Below, piece by piece: positions 40,293 through 53,510 of a DNA stretch of 64,000 nucleotides. Within the stretch, counting starts at the first letter, position 1. Every line of letters begins with the position of its first letter. The position numbers and the translations under genes are program-made. Under the pieces are notes generated by a model. The model saw nothing but the letters and a program-made list of their open reading frames with translations, did not search any database and was not told the DNA's origin. The stretch is from Octopus vulgaris (Eukaryota), in NCBI GenBank assembly GCA_951406725.2, contig OX597838.1:23188001-23252000 (forward strand), read 5' to 3'.

Positions 40293-40530
40293 GTGTGTGT
40301 GTGTGTGTGTGCGTGTATGTTTGTGTGTCTTTGTGTTTGTCCCCCTAGCATTGCTTGACAACCGATGCTGGTGTGTTTATGTCCTCGTTACTTAGCGGTT
40401 CGGCAAAAGAGACCGATAGAATAAGTACTGGGCTTACAAAGAATAAGTCCCAGGGTCGAGTTGCTCGACTAGAGGCGGTGCTCCAGCATGGTCGCAGTCA
40501 ACTGACTGAAACAAGTAAAAGAGTAAAGAG
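40085..40530 (+). mobile_element. SINE family A inserted in a family B SINE
   Basis: Full head, body and tail; family B sequence resumes at 40535-40660. Confidence 0.85.
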
Positions 40531-41344
40531 AGAGGCCGGTACTTATTTTATCGACTCTGGAAGAACGAAAGGGAAATTCGGACCTCAGGTGGAATTTGAA
40601 CCCAGAACATAAAAGACCGGTGAAACGATGCTGCGTGCTAACGATTCTGCCAGTGTGCCACCTGATAACAATAGACTTATGAACAAGTACATGAAAGAGC
40701 AACAACTGCATAACAAAATAACAAAACAATATAATAAAAGAAGCAACAATAAATAATAAATAGCAATAATAGGTTTTTTTTCAGTCAATTTTGTCAGTTA
40801 TCCAATCAATTTTTCATATTCTGTTTTAGTTGGGGTTTTTTTTATTTTTTATTTTTTGTCATTTTTATTTATTTTATTTATTCTCCATTGCAATCTATCA
40901 TACAACCCAATCATATAATTTCAATAATACAGACCAATCATACAGTCTAATCTACTGTCCAATCAAATTGCTTGACTTTTGATTTCCTGTTTTCTTTATA
41001 TTTGATTAGGTATTTTTTGTTGTTGTTTTCTCTTCTTTTTTTTTGTCCCGAATTATATGTTCACCACTCTTACACACGTGTGTATGTATATGTATGATAG
41101 ACACAGATATATAATACAATAGTGTGTGTGTGTGTGCCTTTTATCTGTTAGTTGTTTCAGTTGTTGGACTATGGTCCCATGGGGGCACTGCTTTGGAGAA
41201 TTTTAGTCAGTCAAATTGAACCAAGTACTTATTTTTTTTTAAGCCTGGTGTTCATTTTATTGGTTTCTTTTGATGAACAGAGCTAGAAGGATGTAAACAC
41301 ACCAACACCAGATGTCAAGTGCTGGTAGTAGTAGGACAAACACA

Positions 41345-41385
<41 letters not shown>

Positions 41386-41436
41386 ACCGACCAGGCTATC
41401 AGATGTTGCTACATATCGCTAGTCACAATGCGCTTG

Positions 41437-41802
41437 AAACAAGAGCACTCAGAGAGCACAAAACTCTGCCAAGGCAACACCAATGTCCTCTCAATGATTA
41501 GCCAGAGATGATTTTTAAAATGAGAATATCTGAAATAAACTCGACTCCTCCGACAAACAAGAATACTAAAAATGAACCCGACCACTCTCAAAAATTAAGT
41601 AAGAAAAACAGGAAAAATAATCCAGAATCCTTGTCTGGTATTGGATCGATCCCAAAATTTAATTAGTTCGTGCCAGTCATGAGGCCAAACATCCCTGAAA
41701 GTTTCATCCGAATCCATACTGCAGTTCTTGAGATATCTTGTCCACGAACAAACAAACATGACTGAAAACAATGCCTCTACCTTTGCTAAGACAGAGGTAA
41801 TA
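41437..41802. mobile_element. Helentron/Helitron2-type non-autonomous element
   Basis: AACAAGAGCACTCAGAGAG...CTC(C/T)GCCAAGG sub-terminal motif and a terminal ACCTCCGCCTT-CGCT-AAGGCGGAGGT hairpin (intact in the 22166-22225 fragment); second copy at 55232-55612. Confidence 0.6.
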
Positions 41803-42188
41803 AAATCGAATAACAATGATAGTTGTTTCATTCTTGAAATTAAAATGCAAAAAAAAAAAAAAAAAATTCTCTTCAGTGTTTTGGACATAAGTCCTTCATT
41901 ACACAGGAAAGGAAAGCAAACAGCTAGAGAAAAATTGTAAAGAAACGACGGGGAAGACCGTTAAGGCAGAAACACTACATGTAGTTATAGCTTGGCATTA
42001 TCTTGGAGAATGGTTTCAAAGCATAAAAATTTTCCACCATGTTGGTGGAGAAAAAAAGCTTAACACTCACATTACTATATTTCAGTCGAAATTTGCTACC
42101 TTCATTTGAATTAATTTTGAAACTAATTTAGTAGAATTTTAGTAAAATAACTTTGTTATTAAGCTGTTTAAAAAAAATTTTTTTTTAA

Positions 42189-42408
42189 CCCTTTAGTGTT
42201 CGCATTATTCTGCCAAAATTAATGCTTCTTCATCTACATTGTTTTGAATTAATCATGCATTATCTTGTAGCTATGAGATTTTGATGAGGTAGCTGTTAAT
42301 TTTTTAAACAATATTGTAGGGTTGGTGTGAGAGACCAGATCTGGCCAGTTTGAACATAAAACAGGCAGAATATTTTTGGCCAGATATGGCCGTTTAAATG
42401 CTAAAGGG
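42189..42408. mobile_element. piggyBac-like MITE with TTAA TSD
   Basis: TTAA|CCCTTTAGTGTT ... AATGCTAAAGGG|TTAA. Confidence 0.85.
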
Positions 42409-43283
42409 TTAATATGGTTTAGCATGGAATTGATGGGTGATTTTAATTAAAATCATTAGTTAAACAGGAAATTTGAATCATAGAACCTTGGGGGCTTTTT
42501 TCAGGCGGATTGGTATTAAAAGAGTTAGTGTTGTGCATGTGAAAGAAAGAAAGAAAATGCAGTAGTGTAGCTAGGGGCAACTCTTGAATTTGTTTCCCCC
42601 CCCCCTACTGGGTTCAACTTCACTTTTTGTCCTTTCAGGATCAACAAATTAAATACCAGTGAAACATTGGGGTTGATGTAACCGACTAGTCTCCTCACCT
42701 CAAATTTCAGGCCTTGTGTCTTTAGTAGAAAGATTATAAAATAAAATAAATAAAAATAAATGCGCCCTTTTAAAGCCTAGCCAGGCTCATGGGCCCGGTT
42801 TCAATGGCATATGTGTTCCCCAACTGGACAAGACGCCAGTCCATCACAGCATTACTCATTTTTGCCAGCTGAGTGGACTGGAGCAACATGAATGAAGTGC
42901 TTTGCTCAAGAACACAACGTGTCGCCCACATGATGCTGACACCCTAACCACTAAGCCACGTGCCTCCACAGAAAGGATTATTATTATTATTTATTTTATT
43001 CATCATTATTTTGTCTATTTTATTTAGTTTTAGAAAAACTTTAGCATGCCTTTTACATTTCTGGAGCATATTGAACTTATTCTTCTTGTGACTTTTGGCC
43101 CACCCTGTATATTTATATATCCTCCTCATCATCATTTCTTAATATCCGCCTTCCATACTGGTAATCGGATGGACAGTTTGACAAGAGCTGACCAGGTAGA
43201 AAATCATAAACCTGAAAGAGAAGCACACTCTTATATCTAACACACACACACACACACACACACACTCTCTCTCTTTCTCTCTC

Positions 43284-43321
<38 letters not shown>

Positions 43322-44470
43322 CCTCAGTCCATCAAGCTACTTTTTACTGATAAACAATTATGGATTAAATGTTTATTCACTCTCAGAGTTATTTCTTCTA
43401 AGTGGCAAGACATACCCTTTTTTGAATTGGTCACCCTCTCGAATATATATTCAAATATGTGTGTGTGTGTGTAATCACGCATAGCCATGCAAATACTTGA
43501 AAATCTGCATATTAATTTTGCCAATCAATAAGCATCCTGCTCGTTATATTATGTTAAGAATAAAAAATGAAAAAAAAAAAAAGAAGAAACATCTGGAGAA
43601 ATGACAAAATTAACCTTATTGCTCATTCTGGATCTATACCAACAGTTCCTTATCCGTGGTTTTTATCCCAAATTGGGATACAGTATAATCCTGAAAGGGT
43701 CATTCAAGCAAAACCTTTTTTGATCCTTATATTTCCCCGTCTGTTTTTCCTTCTCTTCCTTTACACCCACCTTCCTTATCTCTCTGTTTTTTTCCCTTTT
43801 CTTTTGTTTGTTTTTCTTCCTCTTCTTTTTTCCCCATCTGCCGCCCACCTTATATCATTCCCTTGGTTTCCTTTCTCTCCTTCTACCCTGTTATTAATTA
43901 AGGTCATTAACCACCTTTGTAATACAGATGTAGTCATTGATTCTCTGTTCTAATTTTAGATTTAATTTCTGTAATCACACGCACACGTGTGCGTACACAC
44001 ATCTTATCGGCAGACACTTAATGTAGACACACCTACACAAATGCATGCAAATACACATATACACAAATACACAAATGCGCATATACGAACATACGCAGGA
44101 GTGCACATGCAAATGCACAAACCAATTATGTACATGCATGCGAATACACACACACAAACACACGCTCACAGACAGACCTGTTATTTTTACTGATAATAAT
44201 GAGGTGATAATGGCAGGTTGTTAATGAGAAAGATAATTAAATCAATGCTTCATGCTGACACCAAAGTTGGTAAAACACAAAGCACAACAGGGAAACCATA
44301 AGAATTTGGCCCAGGAATCAATATTAGGTTATTATCTGTGTTAGAGGAGGAAGACTTAGGAAGAATGCCTGATACAGAATCTGTGGTTTCTACAATCAAA
44401 TGTGTGGGTGTATGTATATATATGTATGTGTGTATATATATGTGTGTATGTATGTGTATATATGTGTATC

Positions 44471-44513
<43 letters not shown>

Positions 44514-44719
44514 GTAGGTATATGTGTGTATATATATGTAGGTATATGTGTGTAGGTATATGTGTGTATATATATGTAGGTATATGTGTGTATATATATG
44601 TAGGTATATGTGTGTATATATATGTATCTGTGTGTGTCTGTGTGTGTGTGTATATATGTATCTGTGTGTGTATATATGTATCTGTGTGTGTATGTGTGTA
44701 TATATGTATCTGTGTTTGT

Positions 44720-44755
<36 letters not shown>

Positions 44756-44869
44756 GTATATATATATCGTTATTATACAAGTGTTGTAAGTCCAAAAGGG
44801 TTTTTTTTTTTTTTTTGTCTTCAGAAAACGAAAAAATAGTTTCACCATTCCATTTTCTTTTTTTTACAA

Positions 44870-45183
44870 TAGCAACAGTTTCAGCTTAACAATAATACTT
44901 TGTTGGGTGCATAAAATCAGAACTCCATGCATGTTACTTTCAGTCAGAAGCATTTTTGCAAAACTGTTGTATGTGGGACTTACAACACTTTCATAAAATG
45001 TTAAACCATTATACTGCACTTTGACAAATTTTGATATCTTGGCATTTGAAGCAGCTGGAGATACGATAGTTTGACCGGAAGAACCAGCTATTGCAAGCAT
45101 AAACCTCAAATGCCTAGGAGGGTCCACCTTAGTAAAACAGAAATCAAAGGGGTCCACAGGCAAAAAATGGTTGAGAATCACTG
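44870..45183. mobile_element. hAT-like MITE fragment with one TIR
   Basis: Ends GGTTGAGAATCACTG (reverse complement CAGTGATTCTCAACC) with sub-terminal GGGTCCAC repeats, as in the 27972 element. Confidence 0.55.
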
Positions 45184-46083
45184 ATTTAGATTATTGTCAA
45201 ATGTAATCCCTATTTATCCACGTTGTTTTTGGCTTAATCGTGCATTATCTTATATCTTTGAGATTTTGATAATTTGATTATTTATTTCTACAATGACATT
45301 GTAGGGTAGGTGCGAGAGCTCAGATGTGGCTGGTGTTTAAATTGTTTGATAGTTGAATAAACTTTTGGCAAGACCGTGTAGCTGTTGCACTGTTGTTGTG
45401 TCACTAGACAATACAAGGCCATTATGCTGTTGTTATCTCACTGGAAAAGACAAGCTGCTACACTGTTCTGTCACTGGAGAAGGCAAGCCATTATACTCTT
45501 GTCAATCGTTCGACCCATGCCTGCATGGAAGATGGATGTCAAACAATGATGATTACATATATACATATATATATATAATATGTATATATACATATATGTG
45601 TATATATATATATATATATGGGTCTTCCCTTTGAACGTTGGGCCTCATGGAGGCAAAGTGGCTGGGTGCCTTTCGAGTTTTGGGCCTCACTGAAGTGAGG
45701 TGGCTGAGTCCCTTTTGAGCATTGGGCCTCATGGAGGCAAAGTGGCTGAGTTCCTTTTGAGTGTTGGGCCTCACAGAGACGATGACCAAGATCTTTGGCA
45801 CTATGTCGTGCTTGAGAAGACCCATCAAGCTGAGCAAAATTACAGTCGTGAAAGATACCGGTGTAACGCAAATGGCACCCATGCCAGTGGCACGTAAAAG
45901 CACCCGTTACACGCTTGGAGTGGGTGGCATTAGGAAAGGCATCAAGCTGTAGAAACCATGCCAAATCAGACTGGAACCTGGCACAGCCTTCCAGCATGCC
46001 AGCTCAATCAAACCATCCAACCCATGCCAGCAGGGACAACGGATGTTAAATGATGAAGATGATATACACACGCAAACAAACAC

Positions 46084-46249
46084 ACTATTTATTAAAGCCC
46101 AAAACGATCTTCACAAACTATTACTCAGTCTCACATGACTGATCGTTGGACAGTTACGATGATACTGTATCACTGCAATTGTCCAATGGACAGCCACATG
46201 AAACTGAGTAACAGTTTGTGAAGATTTTTTTCCGGCTTTAATAAACAGT
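46084..46249. repeat. Fold-back carrying two outward-reading decayed HHR motifs (46116-46155 -, 46177-46216 +)
   Basis: aactgt CCAACGA ... GAGAC tga GTA atagtt and aattgt CCAATGG ... GAAAC tga GTA acagtt. Confidence 0.65.
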
Positions 46250-46514
46250 ACATTACTCTACCTTTGGTATTCGAGTACTATTTTTCACTACCTTGTTTTG
46301 CATTTGTGTGCTTACTATTGTGTGTGTGTGTGTGTGTGCATACATACACACACACACACATATATATATGTATGTGTATGTATGTACACACATATACATA
46401 AACATACCTATGTGCATGTATATATCTATATAAAAACATACCCACCCACTCCACCTTAAGTAGAAAACAAATATACAATAGAAAAAAAAACAGTTAAAAG
46501 CCACAAATGAAACA

Positions 46515-46554
<40 letters not shown>

Positions 46555-46849
46555 AACATAAAGCTAAATGTTATTTCAAGTTTTGGCAGACTTCAAGTTG
46601 CAACAAGCCAAATATTTTCATAGTGCCTACCATTACACACACACACACACACACACAAATGTTTGTGTATTGCTGTTAGACTTACTGCACTGCCACCCAC
46701 CTGGCTATTCTCCATATTTATGTACATGGACGTTTTTTCCTCGTTTTCTTTTTTATGACTTCAGAGAAAGCAAGAAAAGCAGTGGCCAAGACCTTTAGCA
46801 AGACCTCTGGTATTAGTTGTTGTGAATGTGGTGGAGGTGACAGAGGTGG

Positions 46850-47165
46850 TGGATGTGGTGACAGTGGTGGATATGGTAGTAACGGGGGTGGGGTGGATGT
46901 GGTGACAGTGGTGGATGTGGTTACAGTGGTGGATATGGTAGTAACAGGGGTGGGGGTGGATGTGGTGACAGTGGTGGATGTGGTTACAGTGGTGGATATG
47001 GTAGTAACGGGGGTGGGGGTGGATGTGGTGACAGTGGTGGATGTGGTTACAGTGGTGGATATGGTAGTAACGGGGGTGGGGGTGGATGTGGTGACAGTGG
47101 TGGATGTGGTTACAGTGGTGGATATGGTAGTAACGGGGGTGGGGTGGATGTGGTGACAGTGGTGG
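46850..47165. repeat. G-rich minisatellite, 63-bp higher-order unit (18+18+27)
   Basis: GGATGTGGTGACAGTGGT GGATGTGGTTACAGTGGT GGATATGGTAGTAACGGGGGTGGGGGT, about 4.5 copies. Confidence 0.9.
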
Positions 47166-47917
47166 GGATGGTAGCAATTGTGGTGGTATTGGAGGGAAAT
47201 AGATCACAAGACTTCACACCTGGCCTTTACCTTTTACTCATTGCAGTCATTAGATGGCAGTCAAGCTGGAGCACTACCTTGAAGGGCTTCTGTAAAAAAA
47301 AAAATAATCAACCAGTACTTATTTTTAAAAATTTGATACTTACCCTATTGGTCTCATTTTTGCACATCTGAAGTTCCAAGGATGTAAATAAACCAACACT
47401 GGTTGTTACGCAGTGATAGGGAACACTGACAGCAACAGACACAGAAGTTCTATCTACCAAATTCACTCACAAGGCATAAGTTGGCCCAGGACTATAGTAA
47501 AAGACGTTTGCCCAAGGTACTGTGCAGTGGAATTGAACTCAAAACTATGTGGTTGTAAAGCAAGCTTAACCCCATAGCCATGACTGCATCTGAATTCTTG
47601 CAATAGAATTAGCTCTAAAGACGCCCAACTGGCAGGTTGGTGGTGGTGATATTTAACGAATTGATCCATTAAGTCTAACCACGCAAGAACAGAAACGAGT
47701 GTGGGGCATCAGACACTGCTTCACAGATTCCTTCATCTAGGTTTCCACTTATGAAGCTTGTGTTGGATTGAGGTGAAGACCAAAGAAACTTGTCCAAGGT
47801 TCCATGCACTAATATCAAACCTTGAACATGATTGTGAAGCAAACACTTTAAATCCTTAGCATTTAAACTGACCATAACCAGATCAAATATTCTACCTGTT
47901 TCATTTTCTAATTGGGC

Positions 47918-48060
47918 AGTGTAATGGTTTGTCTTGTCCAGTGACATAACAACAGGGTAATGGTTTGTCTTGTTCGGTGACATAACAACAGGGTAATGGT
48001 TTGTCTTGTTCGGTGACATAACAAGTGTGATGGCTCACCTTGTCCAGTGACATAGCAACA
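47918..48060. repeat. 36-bp tandem repeat, 3-4 copies
   Basis: GTAATGGTTTGTCTTGTTCGGTGACATAACAACAGG. Confidence 0.85.
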
Positions 48061-48191
48061 AATCGCCAGGTCTGGTCAGCGTTTGTGAGAGATGCAGCAT
48101 TGAGGATGAATGAAGCTAGCTCAATCCACCCCGGGTGAATGCTGTCTCAAGTCAAGAAGAAAGAAGAAGACTCGAGGATTTACAGTACTAC

Positions 48192-48233
<42 letters not shown>

Positions 48234-48898
48234 GCAAGGAATGTGATGATGATAATGAAGATAATGGTATATCCACATGCATATGCATTTACTGGCTTGC
48301 CATTGGTTACAGTGATGTGTGTTCCAGTTGATCCGAGCAACAGAAAACAGCCTGCTCATGAAATTAACGTGCAAGTGGCCGAGTGCTCCATGCACATGCA
48401 TACCCCCCAACGAAGTTCTCAGGGAGATTCAGCAGAGCGCACCGAATGTAACAAGGCTGGTCCCTTTGAAATACAACTCATTTTTGCTTACTGAGTGGAT
48501 TGGGGCAACATGAAATAGAGAGTCTTGCTGAAGGACTCAATGCACCGCCGGGGAAACGAACTCACGACCTTATGCTCGTGTTTTGTATATCCTCCACATG
48601 CCTTGACATGCACATACAGACATTCATGCGTGCACACATGTGGCATTTTGGACACTTGACATATATGCTAGAAAGATTGATCTCACAGAAAAGAAAACAG
48701 AAAGCAGACCCCTCCTCTCCATCTCGCCACTGGTCTCTCTCTGCCTGCCTGCCTGCTTTCTGACCTTTTTCAGAAATATCTGCACACTGGTGGTGGTGGT
48801 GGTGGTGATGGTATGCTTTCTCACTTTCCTTTGATTTATCTATTTGATCAGTGTTTGAGAAAGTCTTTTTTATTTCATCTTCATATGTGGTATTTGTA

Positions 48899-48954
<56 letters not shown>

Positions 48955-48956
48955 CG

Positions 48957-49250
48957 TGGAGGCGCAATGGCCCAGTGGTTAGGGCAGCGGACTCACAGTT
49001 TCGATTCCCAGACCGGGCATTGTATTTATTGAGCAAAAACACCTAAAGCTCCTCGAGGCTCCAGCAGGGGGGTGGGGGGTAGCGATCCCAGCTGTACTCT
49101 TTCGCTGCAACTTTTTCTCACTCTTTCTTCTGTTGGTCTGCTCGCTTAGCCAGCGGGGTGGCGTCATTTGAAGGCTAAAACAATGCAAAGCGCATTGTGA
49201 CCAGCGATGTGTAGCAACATCTGATAGCCTGGTCGATCACGGTGATCACG
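48957..49250 (+). mobile_element. SINE family C
   Basis: GGAGGCGCAATGGCCCAGTGGTTAGGGCAGCGGACTC...TTCGATTCCC tRNA-like head. Confidence 0.8.
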
Positions 49251-49262
49251 TGATATATATAT

Positions 49263-49595
49263 AGGTGCAGGAGTGGCTGTGTGGTAAGTAGCTTGCTTAC
49301 CAACCACATGGTTCCGGATTCAGTCCCACTGCGTGGCTCCTTGGGCTAGTGTCTTCTACTATAGCCTCAGTGGATTTGGTAGAAGGAAACTGAAAGAAGC
49401 CTGTCGTGTATATGTATGTGTGTTTCTGTGTTTGTCCCCCCAACATAGCTTGACAACCGATGCTGGTGTGTTTACGTCCCCGTAACTTAGTGGTTTGGCA
49501 AAAGAGACCTATAGAATAAGTACTAGGCTTACAAAGAATAAGTCCTGCGGTGCTCCAGCATGGCCGCAATCAAATGACCGAAACAAGTAAAAGAG
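49263..49595 (+). mobile_element. SINE family A with internal deletions
   Basis: Family A head and tail. Confidence 0.85.
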
Positions 49596-50310
49596 AGTGT
49601 GTATATATATATATGTGTATATATGTAGGTGCAGGCATGGCCGTGTGGTCAAGAAGTTTGCTTCTCAGCCATGTGGTCTAGTGTTCAGTCCCACTGTGTG
49701 GTGCCTTGCTGGACATGTGCTTTCTACTATAGCCCTGGGCCAACTAAAGCCTTGTGAGTGGATCCTGTAGATGAAAACTGAAAGAAGCTCATTGTATATG
49801 AGGTCTGACCAGAAAGTAACGGGACTGGGTGTGCTGTGTGAGTTATGGGCATTGTCTACAGTGACCAGTCACTCAATCAGCAGGTCTACAAAGAAATCCT
49901 GCAGTGTTTGCTTCACTCGGTGCATGAGAAAAGTTGTGGAAGGACAAATTGCGACTGCTTCACCATGACAATGCATCTGCTCATGACACCCTGGGCATCA
50001 GTAATTCACCCTTGGAAACATAGGTGTTTCATTCATCGTCCTTAAACAAACCTTATTCAGGGACCTTTGGAGCCTGATGGGCTACTCAAACTGAAGAAAA
50101 TTCTAACTGGATCCCAGCTGCAAGGTTATGTGCTGTTTATCTTGATATGAGATCACCTTGTCGCGCACATATGGTTGTGATGCATGTGCCTAGTGTACCC
50201 TTATCAGACGGGTAGTCATGATGGGTATATTGGGGCTTTGTATATTTGTACCCCAGTGTCACTTTGATGGCATGCACTGCTCTCTCATTCAATAATAATG
50301 ATGATCATCA

Positions 50311-50725
50311 TCATTGTTCGACCGTGGTCGAGACAATGGAATTTACCATGCTATGCCAGACTTCACGGTCCATCATGGCATTACGGAGGTCATGTTGCTG
50401 GATGCCTGTATCCCAGGAGATTACATCAGGGTAGGAGAGTGTGCGCCCTCTGGTATTGCGAGAAGATGGCTTCCAGAGGAGAAGAGTAGAAATTACTTCT
50501 TTTTCAGCTCTACAACAATGTCCAGCAAACTGGACTCTCCTACTTTTCACAAGAGATGACACAGGTGCATTTTGGTTGGATGGCGCTTCCACGAGAGATT
50601 TTGAGCTCTCATAAGGAGGCGAGTGTAGGTTCCATCCAACCGCCTCTCAAGCTTCTTTGATAACGTCCAGGTTTCTGAGCCATATAGTAGAATTGGTTCG
50701 ACTGTGGCTTTGAAGATTTCAAAGC
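50311..50725 (-). mobile_element. RTE-group LINE 3' end
   Basis: FKATVEPILLYGSETWTLSKKLERRLDGTYTRLLMRA...RRVQFAGHCCR. Confidence 0.85.
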
Positions 50726-50742
50726 CATAATAATGATAATAA

Positions 50743-50990
50743 TTGGTTCACTGGAAGCTGTCTCATAAGTATGACATGAGCAGAAGTGGGAAATTATATG
50801 AGCACCAACTGGAAAGGGTTGCTGAAAATGAACAATATAAAATCGTGTGGGACATGACTATCCAGTGTAACTGTTTTACTGTGGCTAGAAAACCTGACAT
50901 TGTTGTCGTAGAAAAGAAGAACAAAGCAATTATTGTGGATATTGCTTCACCATGGGACCACAGGGTGCACAGGGTGAATGAGAAGGAAAG
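50743..50990 (+). mobile_element. R4/Dong-type non-LTR fragment (restriction-like endonuclease region)
   Basis: VHWKL...YEHQLERVAENEQYKIVWDMTIQ...ARKPDIVVVEK...IIVDIASPWD. Confidence 0.8.
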
Positions 50991-52127
50991 TGAGAGTTTC
51001 AAGCTTCCTGATAGGATAGGCCCAGCCTTTTTCTCACTTTCTGAGATCATTGGCATACTGGATCAACCTCCCAGTTCATCTGATCTTGCTCCATGTGACA
51101 TTTTTTTTCTTTTCCCCAAGCTCAATGGGATCATCAAAAGGACTCATTTTGAAGGCATGGAGCCCATCAAGAGGGCCGTAATGACTGAACTGAGGGGCAT
51201 ATAAAAGCTTGGCAGAGAAGGGTGCAAAAGTGCATTTGACTAGATGGGGATTACTTTGAAAGGGAACCCATGTAGTTTGTTGTTTGAAATTGAAATAAAT
51301 CGTTTGTGACACCAATCATTACAGAGCTCGAATATACATGAGTGTGTGTGTGTGTTCTGTTAGCAGCACTTGACAACCTATGTTAGTTTGTTTACATCCC
51401 CATAATTTAGCAGTTTGGTAAAACAGACTGATGGTTATAAGTACAAAACTTAAAAATAAGTATTGGGGTTGACTGGGTGGGGATGGGGTCAACTGCCTTG
51501 ATACTCTTAAAGGCAGTGCTCCAGTATGGCTGCAGTCCAATGACTGAAACAAGTAAAAAAATGAAGGATATATCTGTATCTATCCATTTTTCTGTGTGTG
51601 TTTATATATGTGTGTGTATGTATATGTGTGCATATGTGTGTGTGTGCATATGTGTATGTACTTGTGTGTGCATATGTATTTACATGTGTGCATATGTATG
51701 TACATGTTTGTATGTGTGTGTGAATGTATGTATGTGTGTATATATGTGTATGTATGTGTGTGTATGTATGTGTGTTTGTGTATATGTTTATATTAATGCC
51801 ATAAATATACCGCATGGTAACAAGAAAATACTCTGTGTTTAAAAGGATTTATAAAGAACTGACAGAAAACAGATAAAAAAAATATTCATTTTATACAATG
51901 CCAGTCCATGAATAAGTAATTTTATTGTTGTGTCTCATGCTAGAACATTATTTCATGGATAGTTGTTCTCTCACAATTCTATGTCGAAGCACATATCTTG
52001 CTCCATTTTCCACTTTGATCTTCTGAAAGTCTGTGACAAAGTTGATGGTCTCTCAAGCATCTGCTTACCAATGTCATAGCTTTTATCCTTGACATAGCAT
52101 TGATCTCATCCACTGCCGCTGTGTTGT

Positions 52128-52421
52128 AGAGGCACATGGCCTAGTGGTTAGAGCAGCGGACTTGCTGTAGAGGGATTGCGGGTTCGAATCTCAGATCAGG
52201 TGATGTGTGTGTTTATGAGCGAAACACCTAAACTCCACACAGAAGGTATAATGGCGAACTTCTGCTGACTCTTTCGCCACAACTTTCTCTCACACTTTCC
52301 TCCTGCATCTTGCAGCTCACCTGCGACGAACCGGCGTCCCGTCCAGGTGGGGAACCTATACGCCAAGGAAACCGGGAAACCGGCCCTTATGAGCCAAGCA
52401 TGGCTCGAGAAGGAACAAGCA
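52128..52421 (+). mobile_element. tRNA-derived SINE with TSD ACTGCCGCTGTGTTG
   Basis: TGGCCTAGTGG A box, GGTTCGAATC B box; TSD on both flanks. Confidence 0.85.
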
Positions 52422-52519
52422 ACTGCCGCTGTGTTGCAGCTTGTCTTTGCAAAACTGCACATTTCACATTCTTCAGACTGTACAAAAATGGTTGTAAGAA
52501 AGTAATCTTTTCTCTTTTT

Positions 52520-52900
52520 TCTCTTTTTACTTGTTTCAGTCATTTGACTGTGGCCATGCTGGAGCACCGCCTTTAGTCGAGCAAATCGACCCCAGGACTT
52601 ATTCTTTGGAAGCCTAGTACTTATTCTATCGATCTCTTTTGCCGAACCGCTAAGTTACGGGGACATAAACACACCAGCATCAGTTGTCAAACGATGTTGA
52701 GAGGACAAACACAGACACACAAGCACACACACACACACATACACACATATATATATACATATATACGACAGGCTTCTTTCAGTTTCCGTCTACCAAATCC
52801 ACTCACAAGGCTTTGGTCGGCCCGAGGCTATAGTAGAAGACACTTGCCCAAGGTACCACGCAGTGGGACTGAACCCGGGACCATGTGGTTGGTAAGCAAG
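52520..52900 (-). mobile_element. SINE family A
   Basis: Reverse complement of family A. Confidence 0.9.
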
Positions 52901-53159
52901 TATTTTTCTAAAAATGATGGAATTGGAGGAAACTTGTCTTGTATCTAGCACCTTAAGTCTTTGCTTGTTATTGGTGGTCCATAGGCGTTGCTGTGTAGAG
53001 GTGCAGACATTGGTGTGTTCTAAGAAGCTTGCTTCCCAATCACATGCTTCTCTGTTCAGTCCCACTGTGTGCCACCTTGGGCAAGTGTCTTCTACTGTAT
53101 CCTCAGGCTGACCAAAGCCTGCTAAGTGGATTTGGTAGGCAGAAACTGAAAGAAACCTG

Positions 53160-53205
<46 letters not shown>

Positions 53206-53292
53206 AAAGTTTACGAAAAAAACAAAAGACGAAGACAGGTGGTGTACAAAACAAACAGATGTATTAGTATAGCGCTCAGGAATAGAAAAAGT

Positions 53293-53328
53293 CTTTTACG
53301 TTTCGAGCCTACGCTCTTCTACAGAAAG
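53293..53328 (-). ncRNA. HHR motif, CTGTAGA core with intact stems (element about 53200-53360, inside the (TA)n of a SINE)
   Basis: Minus strand reads cttt CTGTAGA a gagc gtag gctc GAAAC GTA aaag. Confidence 0.6.
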
Positions 53329-53366
53329 GTACACAGAAAAAACAAAGAGAGAAAAACATGTGTGTA

Positions 53367-53414
<48 letters not shown>

Positions 53415-53451
53415 GTGTGTGTGTGTGTGTATATGTATGTGTGTGTGTGTA

Positions 53452-53510
<59 letters not shown>

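Larger units (their letters stand above)
49798..51330 (+). mobile_element. Decayed mariner transposase split by later insertions
   Basis: NQQVYKEILQCLLHSV and LLHHDNASAH (49850-50000); ILDQPPSSSDLAPCDIFFLFPKL...GDYFEG (51045-51265). These correspond to the mariner HDNA and YSPDLAPxD motifs. Confidence 0.85.

Noticed and set aside
50743-51204. Functional endonuclease-transposase fusion gene
   Set aside because: Both parts are short decayed fragments joined by unrelated sequence; no evidence of selection
48957-52200. tRNA genes at 48957 and 52128 (also 21245)
   Set aside because: tRNA-like heads continue into SINE bodies, one with a TSD, and no complete cloverleaf is evident
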